Assembly (NCBI GenBank): GCA_022822565.1 | Contig: JAJEAX010000047.1 | Location: forward strand, 1 to 52,868 | Length of the DNA stretch: 52,868 nucleotides | Direction: 5' to 3' | Source: Candidatus Latescibacterota bacterium | Lineage (GTDB): Bacteria > Latescibacterota > UBA2968 | Shown here: piece after piece, positions 37,451 through 46,514 of the stretch | Layout of the letters: the number at the start of each line of letters is the position of its first letter | Position numbering within the stretch: position 1 is the first letter of the stretch | Made by a program: the position numbers and the translations under genes | The notes under the pieces: generated by a model | The model's input: only the letters and a program-made list of their open reading frames with translations | Told to the model about the DNA's origin: nothing | The model's database searches: none

Positions 37451-40400
37451 CTAATACTCGAACGACAGCGAGAAGAAGATCTCCCGCGGCTGCAGATCCG
37501 GCCTCCAGGACAACCACTTATCTTCTTCCGAGAACTCAGCTGAATTGCCGTTCGCATCGAAATACGTCGCTTTGGCCACAGGGAGCTGACCGTCTTTCTC
37601 CATGTAGTTGACCAAGTCCTGCCCGGTGAACAGTCTCAACTGCCTGTTGTTGAACAGATTGTGGATATCCATCGCGAACTCGCTTCTTATTCCATTAGGA
37701 AGACCAAAGCGTTTTAAGAGCCTCATGTTCGTACGATGGTAAGGCTTCCACGTTCGGTTTAATGGCTCCGTGCTGGTGTCTTCTGGAGGATGGTAGGTGA
37801 AGCGTTCCCCAGACGCAAAGGTGTAGTGAATATTCGCATACCAGTCACCAAACGGCCTAAAATTGCCCACCGGGGGACCAAAATCCGGAGGTGTACTAAG
37901 CAGCAAGTTGAGCTTGAGCGTGTTATGCGGGTTCCATGTCTCCAGGTTGCTTTCACTCGCGCCAACTCTAAAATTCGACGGCTCCGGATCTGGCACATCG
38001 GTATTATAGTATGTGTCTCTTCCAAGCTGCGTGGCATTGGCGGGTACGGGCAACCGGGTGATTGTTCCTCCGGTCGTTGGATCGATCGGGATATACAGTC
38101 TTGTTGGCCCATACGCTCCAGTGTTAGAGTAGGAAAGGTCATACTTGATCTGAGCCTGGATATTTCTCCACGCTTTGGTGCTCAGCGTCAACTCGAGCCC
38201 CCGGGCATCGAGAAACCCGCCCGCGAGAGACCATGTGCCCCGATTGGTGAAGTCCTTCTGAGGCGACTGCTTCTGGGGATTCACAGGATCCATAAACAGC
38301 ATGACCTGAGTGGTCTCGTTTGCACCATAGGCATTTTCACGTCCCAACTGGAAGCCGCGCTTTGTCAGGTCCTTTGCGTCCTTGTAAAACATCGTGACGT
38401 CCAGACCAAACATGCCCTTGATGTCCTGGTCGAATCCGACCTCATACTGGATCATCTTCTCGTAGCCGATTTCGATGTTGCCACCTTTTCCGATCCAGTG
38501 GACGTAATTGTAGTCCTCCTCCGGGTGGTAGTCGTAATTCCGGGGCGGCAAATCGCTGCCCGGAAACGAGGTCCCCCGGTTCCAGATCGTCTTGTTTCCA
38601 GCGATCTGCGACCAGCCCGGTCGTTGGTTGAAGTGACCATACATAAAGTGCAGGACGGTGCTCGCCGTGATTGGGTGAGCAATGCCAACTCGTGGCGAAA
38701 GAGCCACCTGAATAGGCGAATCAACCAAGTCGGCCCCTAGATCGGTGATGGAAATGATCCCTCCCACGGTGTTTCCATCTGTCCACTTGGACAACGCATA
38801 GGGATCCCAAATCGTGTAGTTCACTTTCTTGTTCGCACTGAATGCGTCCAGGCGAAGGCCAAGATTCACGACCATACCCTCGGCTTCGATCTGGTCCTGC
38901 AGATACGCATTGAAGTCCCAGGGATTGTGGTCTCGCATCGGCACTTTATTGAAAATCTCCCAATCAGGCCTGAATTGTCCTCCGTGCCATTGGTCGACGT
39001 ATTGCGGCTCGAATGAGAAGCCCGCCTTTAACAGGTTTTTCTCGTTCACCTGGCTGGTTACGTCCAGCTTGAACGTCGTCTTCCAGTTGAAGGCGTGCAT
39101 ACGCGCTCTGTCCACGGGATGCTGTCGCCTGCTGATCACCGTGGACACCGGGCTCGTAGAGAACCACAAAGGTTCCAGCGGTACTGTGTTTCGGTTCAAA
39201 AAGTCTTCATACGTATAGTCAAAGAGTCCTAAATAATGCATGTCATATCGGACCTGGTGGTACTGAACCCGAAACTCCAGGAAGGTCCTCGCACTGAAAG
39301 TGTGTGTCAGCTTCGACATCGCCGTGTGTGTGCGAATGTACTGTGGGGGACGCGACCAGCGATTTCCTCCGTGCAGCACATTCGCCGAATTCATATGCCA
39401 CTTTTCGCGATCGTACGGCGTTTTGACTTCACCGAGCTTGTGATTTCCGGTAACGTGACCGATGTCGTCTGACGACCAGTAAGACATCTTCGGGTAACCG
39501 CTGTTGTCGGTTCCCTGATGGGTATACGATGCCGTGATCTTGGTATTGTCCGTCAGATGGAAGTTGACTTTCCCCAGTAAGCTCCACTCTGGACTGTAGT
39601 TCAATATAGACGGCCACCGGGTGACCCCACGCAGGTACTTGCCGCTGACCAGAAAGTCAGTATTGTTCGTGAGGGGACCAAAGACAGCCGATTCGCCTTC
39701 CCACTGATCCAGGTCGGCGTAATTCCCCATCGTTGGTATGGGGGTTGTCCATTCCTGGTACTTTTGCCAGTTGAATTCGGCGTCAGGCGTGATTCCCTGG
39801 TCTGCCCAGTACTCGAGAGCCGCCGCATTCCATAGATCGGTTCTGTTTTCGAAGAGCTCTCTTGTAACCAGTCGGTGCTCGACGTTTTCCTCGCTAAAGA
39901 TATGCCTGCCCCAATGGTATTTGCCACGCGGGCGCACACGCGCCTTAGCGCTCATATGCCAGCGATCGCGAGCCGAACGCGTCACGATGTTGATAATCGC
40001 GTCGTTCGCCTGACCGTATTCCGCGTTGTATCCACCGGAAAGGACTTCCATTTCCTGGATCGCAGAGGCGTTTGTTACGACAAAGCTGGATTGGGTGAAA
40101 CTGTCGCGCATGTCCACGCCGTCGACCATATAAGCGGCGTTGATGCCAAATCCACCGCGAATCGAGTTTCGGATTCCAACGCCGGATTTCAGCTCTAACG
40201 CTTCTTCCACGGTGTTCGCCCAGCTCAGCTTCATCTCTTCCGTCGTCAAGGTCTGCTTACTGGCGGTCAGGTCACGCTCAACCGGCGGACGCTCGGCTAC
40301 AACCACAATTTCCGACGCCTGCAGAGCCTCTTCGCGGAGATCGAAATTTACTGTCGACGTCTGGTCGATCTTGACGCGTACTTCAGTCTTGGTGATCGTG

Positions 40401-40645
40401 CCGTACCCAACCATCGAAGCCTCGACTTCAAACACACCGGGAGGGACGTTGAGGATGAAGTACCTTCCATCCGGATCCGTTGTAGCACCCAGTCTGAGAT
40501 TGCCCTGAAGCACGACATTCGCACCGGGGAGAGGCTGACCAGAGTCGGCATCCATCACTGTTCCGCTCAGCTTGCCTGTCGTACCTGCGAAAGCCTGGAT
40601 CGGTAGAAAAACCCAGAGACTAAGCAAGACTAAATATCTCTTCAT
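37451..40645 (-). CDS. TonB-dependent receptor with an N-terminal carboxypeptidase-regulatory-like domain
   Basis: The signal peptide is MKRYLVLLSLWVFLPIQAFA. The CarboxypepD_reg segment reads GKLSGTVMDADSGQPLPGANVVL..DPDGRYFILNVPPGVFEVEASMVGY. The plug region reads VEEALELKSGV..IRGG..MVDGVDM. A long barrel ends in ..FFSLSFEY. Confidence 0.85.
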   Translation of the reverse strand: MKRYLVLLSLWVFLPIQAFAGTTGKLSGTVMDADSGQPLPGANVVLQGNLRLGATTDPDGRYFILNVPPGVFEVEASMVGYGTITKTEVRVKIDQTSTVNFDLREEALQASEIVVVAERPPVERDLTASKQTLTTEEMKLSWANTVEEALELKSGVGIRNSIRGGFGINAAYMVDGVDMRDSFTQSSFVVTNASAIQEMEVLSGGYNAEYGQANDAIINIVTRSARDRWHMSAKARVRPRGKYHWGRHIFSEENVEHRLVTRELFENRTDLWNAAALEYWADQGITPDAEFNWQKYQEWTTPIPTMGNYADLDQWEGESAVFGPLTNNTDFLVSGKYLRGVTRWPSILNYSPEWSLLGKVNFHLTDNTKITASYTHQGTDNSGYPKMSYWSSDDIGHVTGNHKLGEVKTPYDREKWHMNSANVLHGGNRWSRPPQYIRTHTAMSKLTHTFSARTFLEFRVQYHQVRYDMHYLGLFDYTYEDFLNRNTVPLEPLWFSTSPVSTVISRRQHPVDRARMHAFNWKTTFKLDVTSQVNEKNLLKAGFSFEPQYVDQWHGGQFRPDWEIFNKVPMRDHNPWDFNAYLQDQIEAEGMVVNLGLRLDAFSANKKVNYTIWDPYALSKWTDGNTVGGIISITDLGADLVDSPIQVALSPRVGIAHPITASTVLHFMYGHFNQRPGWSQIAGNKTIWNRGTSFPGSDLPPRNYDYHPEEDYNYVHWIGKGGNIEIGYEKMIQYEVGFDQDIKGMFGLDVTMFYKDAKDLTKRGFQLGRENAYGANETTQVMLFMDPVNPQKQSPQKDFTNRGTWSLAGGFLDARGLELTLSTKAWRNIQAQIKYDLSYSNTGAYGPTRLYIPIDPTTGGTITRLPVPANATQLGRDTYYNTDVPDPEPSNFRVGASESNLETWNPHNTLKLNLLLSTPPDFGPPVGNFRPFGDWYANIHYTFASGERFTYHPPEDTSTEPLNRTWKPYHRTNMRLLKRFGLPNGIRSEFAMDIHNLFNNRQLRLFTGQDLVNYMEKDGQLPVAKATYFDANGNSAEFSEEDKWLSWRPDLQPREIFFSLSFEY

Positions 40646-40865
40646 TGTGGTTCTCCTCCATCTTGAACTCTGTTGCGAGACCCGATTATCCAGGGTCCCA
40701 GTGGAAACGGCTGACTCTTTAGTTCTGCAGTCTTCTCTCAGTCCGAACAAAGGCAGCCTCCTTTCTTCCCTCTTGATCTGCAGTTAGCGAATCATAGTGA
40801 AATGCAGATGAATTTGTCAAAAGATGGTTTCTCGACGGTGGCGATCGAATCCTTACTTGATCTTT

Positions 40866-40892
40866 AATTATCAATAAGTTTTTATGATAATT
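40866..40892. promoter_or_regulatory. inverted repeat AATTATCA-N11-TGATAATT, candidate LTTR box of cassette B
   Basis: The perfect 8-bp arms were read directly. They contain an ATCA-N11-TGAT dyad, in the T-N11-A style typical of LysR-type regulators. Confidence 0.45.
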
Positions 40893-40945
40893 AAATTATA
40901 CCGCTAAATCTTCGATATAAAAAATTGATAATTAAAATAGATTAG

Positions 40946-41140
40946 ATGAGAAAAAATAATAGATCAAAATTCAAGCTGGAGACCGGCTTGATCTGCCTCC
41001 GCTCGCTGATCGCAGTAGTGGAAGAAGGTGGTTTCTCGGCAGCGGCGAAACGGATCCATCGCACACAATCCGCAATCAGCCTTCATAATCGCCAAGCTGG
41101 AGGAACGACTGAACAAAAGCTCCTGGTGCGGACCAGTTGA
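40946..41140 (+). pseudogene. lysR 5' fragment (frameshifted, premature TGA)
   Basis: A +1 insertion (TTCATAATCGCC versus TTCAAATCGCC) and a later -1 deletion garble codons ~47-58. It carries the same CGA-to-TGA nonsense as copy A. Confidence 0.8.
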
Positions 41141-41225
41141 TCCATAGCTGTTACCCCTTCTGGTGAAACATTTTTGAGCTATGCTCGCCGGATTCTCGAA
41201 CTGGCCGACGAGATTGAGAGGATAT

Positions 41226-41620
41226 GATTTTCTACTTGATTTTTTACTATCTATGAGTTATCATAATAAAAGAAGACAATTTTGGAGTATTGATGACATA
41301 ATTAATATTAATAATTTAAATAAAATAGATGAATAAATTAAATAAATCAAAGTTCAAGTTGGAGACCGACTTGATCTGTCTCCGCTCCCTGGTCGCAGTA
41401 GTGGAAGAAGGTGGTTTCTCGGCAGCGGCGAAACGGATCCATCGCACACAATCCGCAATCAGCCTTCAAATCGCCAAGCTGGAGGAGCGGTTGAACACAA
41501 AGCTCCTGGAGCGGACCAGTCGATCCATAGCTGTTACCCCTTCTGGTGAAACATTTTTGAGCTATGCTCGCCGGATTCTCGAACTGGCCGACGAGGCGGT
41601 CCTATCCGTTACTGCACCAA
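41226..41620 (+). repeat. promoter/lysR cassette, copy C (belongs to the intact lysR)
   Basis: This is the reference copy against which copies A, B and D align. Confidence 0.8.
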
Positions 41621-42300
41621 AGGAAGCAACTCGGCTTCGGATAGGGTTCATGCAATACCTTGCCTCGCAGCATCTACACATCCTGCTTGCCCGTTTTCGG
41701 CGGGCGCATCCAAATTGTGACTTGAGCTTGGCATTCGGTGGGGCGGAGGGGGCGGCGTTGCTCGAGAGAATGGATCGCGGTGAACTGGATGTCGTTTTTG
41801 CTGGTCCAATTACCGAGCGTGGTGGGGCGGCTACCGCTCTGGCGGGCCCCAGAGCAGACAGGAGCAGGGTGCTTTGGGAGGAACCATTGGTTTGGGCGGG
41901 AAATATGAATCGCTCGAATGATCCAGCCGCTCCGATTGATCTGATCCTGTTGTCCCCACCCTGTAGTTTCAGGCAGATCGCTTTTGAAGCACTCACAAAG
42001 ATCGGAACGCCGTGGAGGCTCTCGATTGACGCCAACTCTGTACTGGGGATACAATCCGCGATTCGCGCCGGATTGGGCATCAGCGTGTTGCCACTCTCAG
42101 CTATTGTGGAGGGAATGCCGATTAATGAAGGTGACTTGCCTGAACTCCCGAGAACGTCAGTGATAAGCTACACCAGCGCAGATCAGTCACACCCCTATGT
42201 GCACCGGTTCATTGACTTCCTCCTCGAACGTATGAAGGACAGCTTTAAGGTGAACAAGGATGTTTCATTTGGCGAAAGAAATGCAGTGCCGGAATTGTAA
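41329..42300 (+). CDS. LysR-type transcriptional regulator (only intact copy)
   Basis: The wHTH reads LICLRSLVAVVEEGGFSAAAKRIHRTQSAISLQIAKLEERL. A ~220-aa substrate-binding-like effector domain follows. Confidence 0.9.
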   Translation: MNKLNKSKFKLETDLICLRSLVAVVEEGGFSAAAKRIHRTQSAISLQIAKLEERLNTKLLERTSRSIAVTPSGETFLSYARRILELADEAVLSVTAPKEATRLRIGFMQYLASQHLHILLARFRRAHPNCDLSLAFGGAEGAALLERMDRGELDVVFAGPITERGGAATALAGPRADRSRVLWEEPLVWAGNMNRSNDPAAPIDLILLSPPCSFRQIAFEALTKIGTPWRLSIDANSVLGIQSAIRAGLGISVLPLSAIVEGMPINEGDLPELPRTSVISYTSADQSHPYVHRFIDFLLERMKDSFKVNKDVSFGERNAVPEL

Positions 42301-42305
42301 ATCGG

Positions 42306-42506
42306 CTACTCAAATAGGGGGTAGGTACTGATTGTCGAGTACCGTTCCTGATGACGCCATTTCATCCAAGTTTGGAGTGGACACGCACATGTTGCCGTAG
42401 CAACCCAACACATGTGCATCTGGTCCGCAAAGATGAAGACAATATTGGGAAGTCTTCCCGCATCTGGCTGTTCATGCTGGTCTATCCCCCTGTATAATTC
42501 GCCCAT
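42306..42506 (-). pseudogene. 5' fragment of a sulfatase gene (frameshifted, truncated before the CxPxR motif)
   Basis: GRLPNIVFIFADQM.. is the same as the N-terminus of sulfatase 19079..20485. It then shifts frame (..GCYGN..TPNLDEMASSG readable in another frame) and ends against the lysR stop. Confidence 0.75.
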
Positions 42507-42519
42507 ATAAACAACGTAC

Positions 42520-43512
42520 TCACCGCTTCAACACCTCTGGATTCACAGGAGCGGGAGGCATCTTCCCTTCGAGAGCCGTTAGAACATTCTCCACCGTCAA
42601 TTCACGCATCGTCCTCCGGGTCTCTTCGGTCGCGCTACCGATATGAGGAAAGCAAAGGGCGTTCGGCAGGTCGATAATGGGGTCATTCGGATCCGGGGGC
42701 TCCTTTTCGAACACATCGAGCGCTGCGCCAGCGATTTCTTCAGTTTGCAGTGCACGAACCAGAGCGGCCTGATCCACCAGACCCCCGCGGGCTGTATTGA
42801 TGAGAAAAGCCGACGGTTTCATCCGTTTTAATTCCGGTTCTCCGATCAGGTACCGGGAGGATTCACTCAGATTGGAGTGGAGCGTGACGAAGTCCGATTC
42901 CTCAAGGAGATCGTCCATCTTCCTGTACTCGCTGTCCGGCCCCCCCTCCGGGACAGTGTCGAAAATGTCATACCAGATTGTGCGCATTCGCAGTGCCTGC
43001 ATTCTCCGGGTCACTTCCTGTCCGATCCTCCCGAACCCGACTACACCAAGGGTTTTCCCGTGAATATCCATCCCAAGATCCGGCGCATTCTTTCCGGCGG
43101 ACCAGTTTCCGCTTCGCACATGGATCGCGTTTGGGAAAAGTCGCAAAGCGAGTGCAAAAATCATCGACATCGTGAGATTGGCGACGGCATCTGTAAGCAC
43201 GCCGGGGGTGTGGCAAACCAGAACACCTCGGCGGGAGGCTTCCTCGATGTCAATCGAATCATAACCGACGCTGCACGTGCAGAGAACACGAAGATTTTGA
43301 GCGGCGTCGAAGAATTCACTATCCGCCTTGATTCGTGTGTTACCTATAACGGCATCGACATCACGTACGATTTCCAGAAGTTCATCCCTGCCCGGGAACA
43401 GCTCCAGGACCTGCAATTCGCATGCCTCTCTCAACTGGTCAGTAAGATCGTCTTCCATCACCTTCGGTAATATGAGAACTACCTTTGGACGATTGTTCAT
43501 TCTCATTTCCAT
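42520..43512 (-). CDS. D-isomer-specific 2-hydroxyacid dehydrogenase (glyoxylate/hydroxypyruvate reductase-like)
   Basis: NAD motif GVVGFGRIGQEV, NTARGGLVD, and a catalytic FPHIGSAT His are present. The start is one of three ATGs at 43512, 43506 or 43500. Confidence 0.85.
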   Translation of the reverse strand: MEMRMNNRPKVVLILPKVMEDDLTDQLREACELQVLELFPGRDELLEIVRDVDAVIGNTRIKADSEFFDAAQNLRVLCTCSVGYDSIDIEEASRRGVLVCHTPGVLTDAVANLTMSMIFALALRLFPNAIHVRSGNWSAGKNAPDLGMDIHGKTLGVVGFGRIGQEVTRRMQALRMRTIWYDIFDTVPEGGPDSEYRKMDDLLEESDFVTLHSNLSESSRYLIGEPELKRMKPSAFLINTARGGLVDQAALVRALQTEEIAGAALDVFEKEPPDPNDPIIDLPNALCFPHIGSATEETRRTMRELTVENVLTALEGKMPPAPVNPEVLKR

Positions 43513-43788
43513 CCTATCAGGTGCAGGGATTTGATGTCTAATCCCTGAGGCAGGACACAGCGACCGGCAAATGACTACCTTTGCCTGATCTTGAAGCCTT
43601 TGAAGGTCTTGACTGCATTCATAACTGCCTTTTCGATGTGGATATTCAGTCGCCGGTTGGCCTCGATAGTGACTTTGCCAGGTCCAACAATTTCCCGTAA
43701 TTACGCTCATCCAGCAGTGGTGGATCTGCCGTGTGATAGCCCTCTTGAACCCTCGAACTGTTTGGCCTCCTAGAGATCGGGTTTGAGA

Positions 43789-44529
43789 TTATAAAGGGCG
43801 ACGGGCAATACTGAAGGTTTGCCCGGTGGGCCCGTGGGACGGCTGGGTGGCCAGGAAGAGGGCGAGGGGAACGATGTCGTCGGGGCCTTTGACGTATTCG
43901 CTGGGAGCGAAGGGGGGCGGGCCTCCGACCGTCATCTGGTTCCGGGTGAGGTAGGTGGCCACGGGGCCGGGGATGAGTTCGTTGACGTTTATGCCGTGTT
44001 CCCAGACTTCTTCGGCCAGGCATCGGGTGAACATCCACAGGCCGGCTTTGCCCACGTGGTAGGCGGAGTTGGTAGGGGTGGATTGGTGGCCCATGCCGGA
44101 GCCAGTGTTGATGATGTGCCCGCCGCCGGCCTGGATCATTAAAGGCAGGAGGGCGTGCGTGACCAGATAGACGCTAATGAGATTGGTAGCGACGTCTTTG
44201 ATCCATACTTCAGGATCGCTGTCGAGGATCTGATTTCTTTCGATGCCGCCGCCTGCGTTGTTGACAAGGATATTAATTTTTCCATGCGCTTCCTTGATTT
44301 GTCCCGCCATGGCCTGGACTTGAGCTCTGTCGGTAACGTCGGTGGGAATGGTCAGCACGTTGCGGCTGAGGTCTTGGATTTCACCGGCGACTTCATCCAG
44401 TTGTTCTTTGGTGCGTGCGACGAGGCAGAGGTCGGCGCCTTCACGGGCATAGGCGATGGCGATGGATTTGCCGATCCCGCGGCCACCGCCGGTAACGACG
44501 GCGATTTTTCCTGCGAGTTGATTCGTCAT
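43789..44529 (-). CDS. SDR (paralog of 20568..21299)
   Basis: TGGGRGIGKSIA, NNAG and YHVGK motifs are present. Similarity to the paralog is visible at nucleotide level, and even the antisense shadow ORFs are alike. Confidence 0.85.
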   Translation of the reverse strand: MTNQLAGKIAVVTGGGRGIGKSIAIAYAREGADLCLVARTKEQLDEVAGEIQDLSRNVLTIPTDVTDRAQVQAMAGQIKEAHGKINILVNNAGGGIERNQILDSDPEVWIKDVATNLISVYLVTHALLPLMIQAGGGHIINTGSGMGHQSTPTNSAYHVGKAGLWMFTRCLAEEVWEHGINVNELIPGPVATYLTRNQMTVGGPPPFAPSEYVKGPDDIVPLALFLATQPSHGPTGQTFSIARRPL

Positions 44530-44640
44530 CGGGGACTCCTTTTGCTAGAATACTGAAATGAGGCGCAATTTCTGGTTCCAAGTTTCCGCCACTGGGTCAA
44601 CCCTATTTTTAGTTGAAATAGCTAAGAGTTGTCAGTCAGT

Positions 44641-46242
44641 CTATTCGGATCTTTCAATTTTGTCAGGGGGGATCTCGACCGGATGCCGATAGCCCCTACG
44701 TGCAATGATATTATCCCAGGGCTGGACCTCGCACCGTTTCTCCCAGGCCTGAAAAATGGCCTCCAATTCCTCGACCACTTCAGGATGGACTGCGGCCAGG
44801 TCGCTCAATTCAGTGCGGTCGGCTTCAATATCATACAGTTCCCACTCGTGGAGGTAGTCGCGAACCAGCTTCCACTTTCCTTTCCGCACGGCGCAGTTGC
44901 CTTCGTGTTCCCAAATGAGGTGATCCTTCCCATTGTCCCAGTCATGGAAAATGGGGACCAGACTGGTACCTTCCATCGGAAGAATTTCATTCCCATTGTA
45001 GGTGTCCGGATAGTCGGCGCTTGCGACCTCCACGCACGTGGCCATAATATCGGTCAGTTGGCCGGGCTGGTGGCGCAAAACACCCTTATCGGCAATGTGA
45101 TCGGGCCAGTGTACAATCAAAGGCGTGGAAATGCCTCCTTCATGGACCCAGTGTTTGTACCGGCGAAAAGGCGTGTTGGACACATTGGCCCAGGGCACGC
45201 CGTAGCTCTGAAAGGTATCTTCCGGGCCTGGCATAACCCAAGGATCGTTTACGCTCGCGACAAAACGACCCTCTCTTGTAGTCTGCTGCTTGATTTCTAC
45301 CTTTCCGCCGAGTTCTTCGGCGCATCCCCCGTTGTCGGCCAGAAAAAGAATAAGCGTATTCTCCAACTGACCCGTTTCTTCCAGTGCCTGGACAATACGG
45401 CCAATGCCCTGGTCCATCCGGTCAATCTGAGCCGCGTACACTTCCATCCGCCGTTGTTGCCAGACCTTATGCTCCGCTTCTTCCCAGGGAACCTGTGAAG
45501 GGTCACGTTCGCTCAATGCCCACGCGTCTTTGATAATGCCCATCTTGCGCATGCGCTGCAATCGCTCATCACGCAACTGATCCCACCCGGCCGCAAAACG
45601 CCCTTCGTATTTTTGAATATCCTCACGGTGTGCATGAAGGGGCCAGTGGGGCGCAGTATAAGCCGTATAGATGAAAAAAGGCCTATCGGGTTGTACCCCG
45701 GCATGGGACCGAATATAGTCGGCTGCCTGATCGCTGATGGCGTCCGTCAAAAAGAAATCTTCCGGGAACTGATCCAGTGAAATCTGCGTGTTATCGCGGG
45801 TCAGAGATGGATTCCAGTAATGGGCAAAGCCCCCCAGAATGCCAAAATAGTGATCGAAACCACGCCCGCAGGGCCAGCTGTGTTTGGGACCGTCCGGTTC
45901 AAGATGCCGTGTAACATGCCACTTCCCGCTCATGTAAGTGGAATATCCGGAAGACTTCAAAACTTCTGCAATCGTAACGCTACGCAAGTTGAGATCCCCT
46001 CGATAGCCGTCGTAATCAAAATCGTCCGTCATATGTCCCACACTGGCCTGGTGGGGATGGAGGCCAGTCAGTAGAGAGGCGCGGGTAGGACAGCATCGGG
46101 CGGTATTGTAAAACTGTGTGAACCGAAGGCCGTTTGCAGCCAGCCGGTCCAGATTGGGCGTCTGGACTTCGCCGCCATAGCAGCCCAGGTCAGAATAGCC
46201 CATATCGTCGTCTAAAATGATCAGAATATTAGGTCTGGACAT
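44641..46242 (-). CDS. Cys-type arylsulfatase (S1 family), no signal peptide
   Basis: MSRPNILIILDDDMGYSDLGCYG, CCPTRASLLTG, GKWH and ADNGG motifs are present. GGGAG precedes ATG 46242. The 110-aa upstream extension in the track runs through the repeated promoter region and is rejected. Confidence 0.9.
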   Translation of the reverse strand: MSRPNILIILDDDMGYSDLGCYGGEVQTPNLDRLAANGLRFTQFYNTARCCPTRASLLTGLHPHQASVGHMTDDFDYDGYRGDLNLRSVTIAEVLKSSGYSTYMSGKWHVTRHLEPDGPKHSWPCGRGFDHYFGILGGFAHYWNPSLTRDNTQISLDQFPEDFFLTDAISDQAADYIRSHAGVQPDRPFFIYTAYTAPHWPLHAHREDIQKYEGRFAAGWDQLRDERLQRMRKMGIIKDAWALSERDPSQVPWEEAEHKVWQQRRMEVYAAQIDRMDQGIGRIVQALEETGQLENTLILFLADNGGCAEELGGKVEIKQQTTREGRFVASVNDPWVMPGPEDTFQSYGVPWANVSNTPFRRYKHWVHEGGISTPLIVHWPDHIADKGVLRHQPGQLTDIMATCVEVASADYPDTYNGNEILPMEGTSLVPIFHDWDNGKDHLIWEHEGNCAVRKGKWKLVRDYLHEWELYDIEADRTELSDLAAVHPEVVEELEAIFQAWEKRCEVQPWDNIIARRGYRHPVEIPPDKIERSE

Positions 46243-46514
46243 ACCATCTCCCTTATTCAATCTTCTAATCCCGAAAACCAGGTCCCCCTTCCCGATTCGC
46301 TCAGCACCCGCAGCGTCACCAGGGAAGTCGCCTGACGGCAGGGGCGCCGTTACGAATGACGTCTTTGATCTGGGCACAGAAGGGATCCGGGATCCGCACT
46401 GGCTTCTAGTTTCCGCTGCGAGCCACCCAAAAGGCGTTGCGAAGGTTTCAGATGTACTTGACGTCGGCTCTGGGGATTTGCTAGAGTTATATCGCCGCAA
46501 TCCGTCAGGAAAAG

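Larger units (their letters stand above)
40850..41212 (+). repeat. promoter/lysR-stub cassette, copy B (tandem with copy C)
   Basis: It shares the CTTGAT core, the AT-rich spacer, the AAATTGATAATTAAAATAGA box and lysR codons 1 to ~89. Homology to copy C stops at ..GGCCGACGAG (41212), where the copy C upstream region begins. Confidence 0.8.

Noticed and set aside
35382-38740. Long plus-strand ORFs (35382..36341, 36351..37220, 37790..38740) antisense to the CTD protein and TBDR genes
   Set aside because: These are shadow ORFs with no RBS and no motifs. The opposite-strand genes have signal peptides, domain signatures and RBSs.
44629-45498. 289-aa plus-strand ORF antisense to sulfatase 3. Similar cases are 21456..22400, 19829..20506, 13972..14754, 7108..7851 and 6747..7520.
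   Set aside because: All lie opposite genes with strong family signatures, and their translations show no recognisable features.
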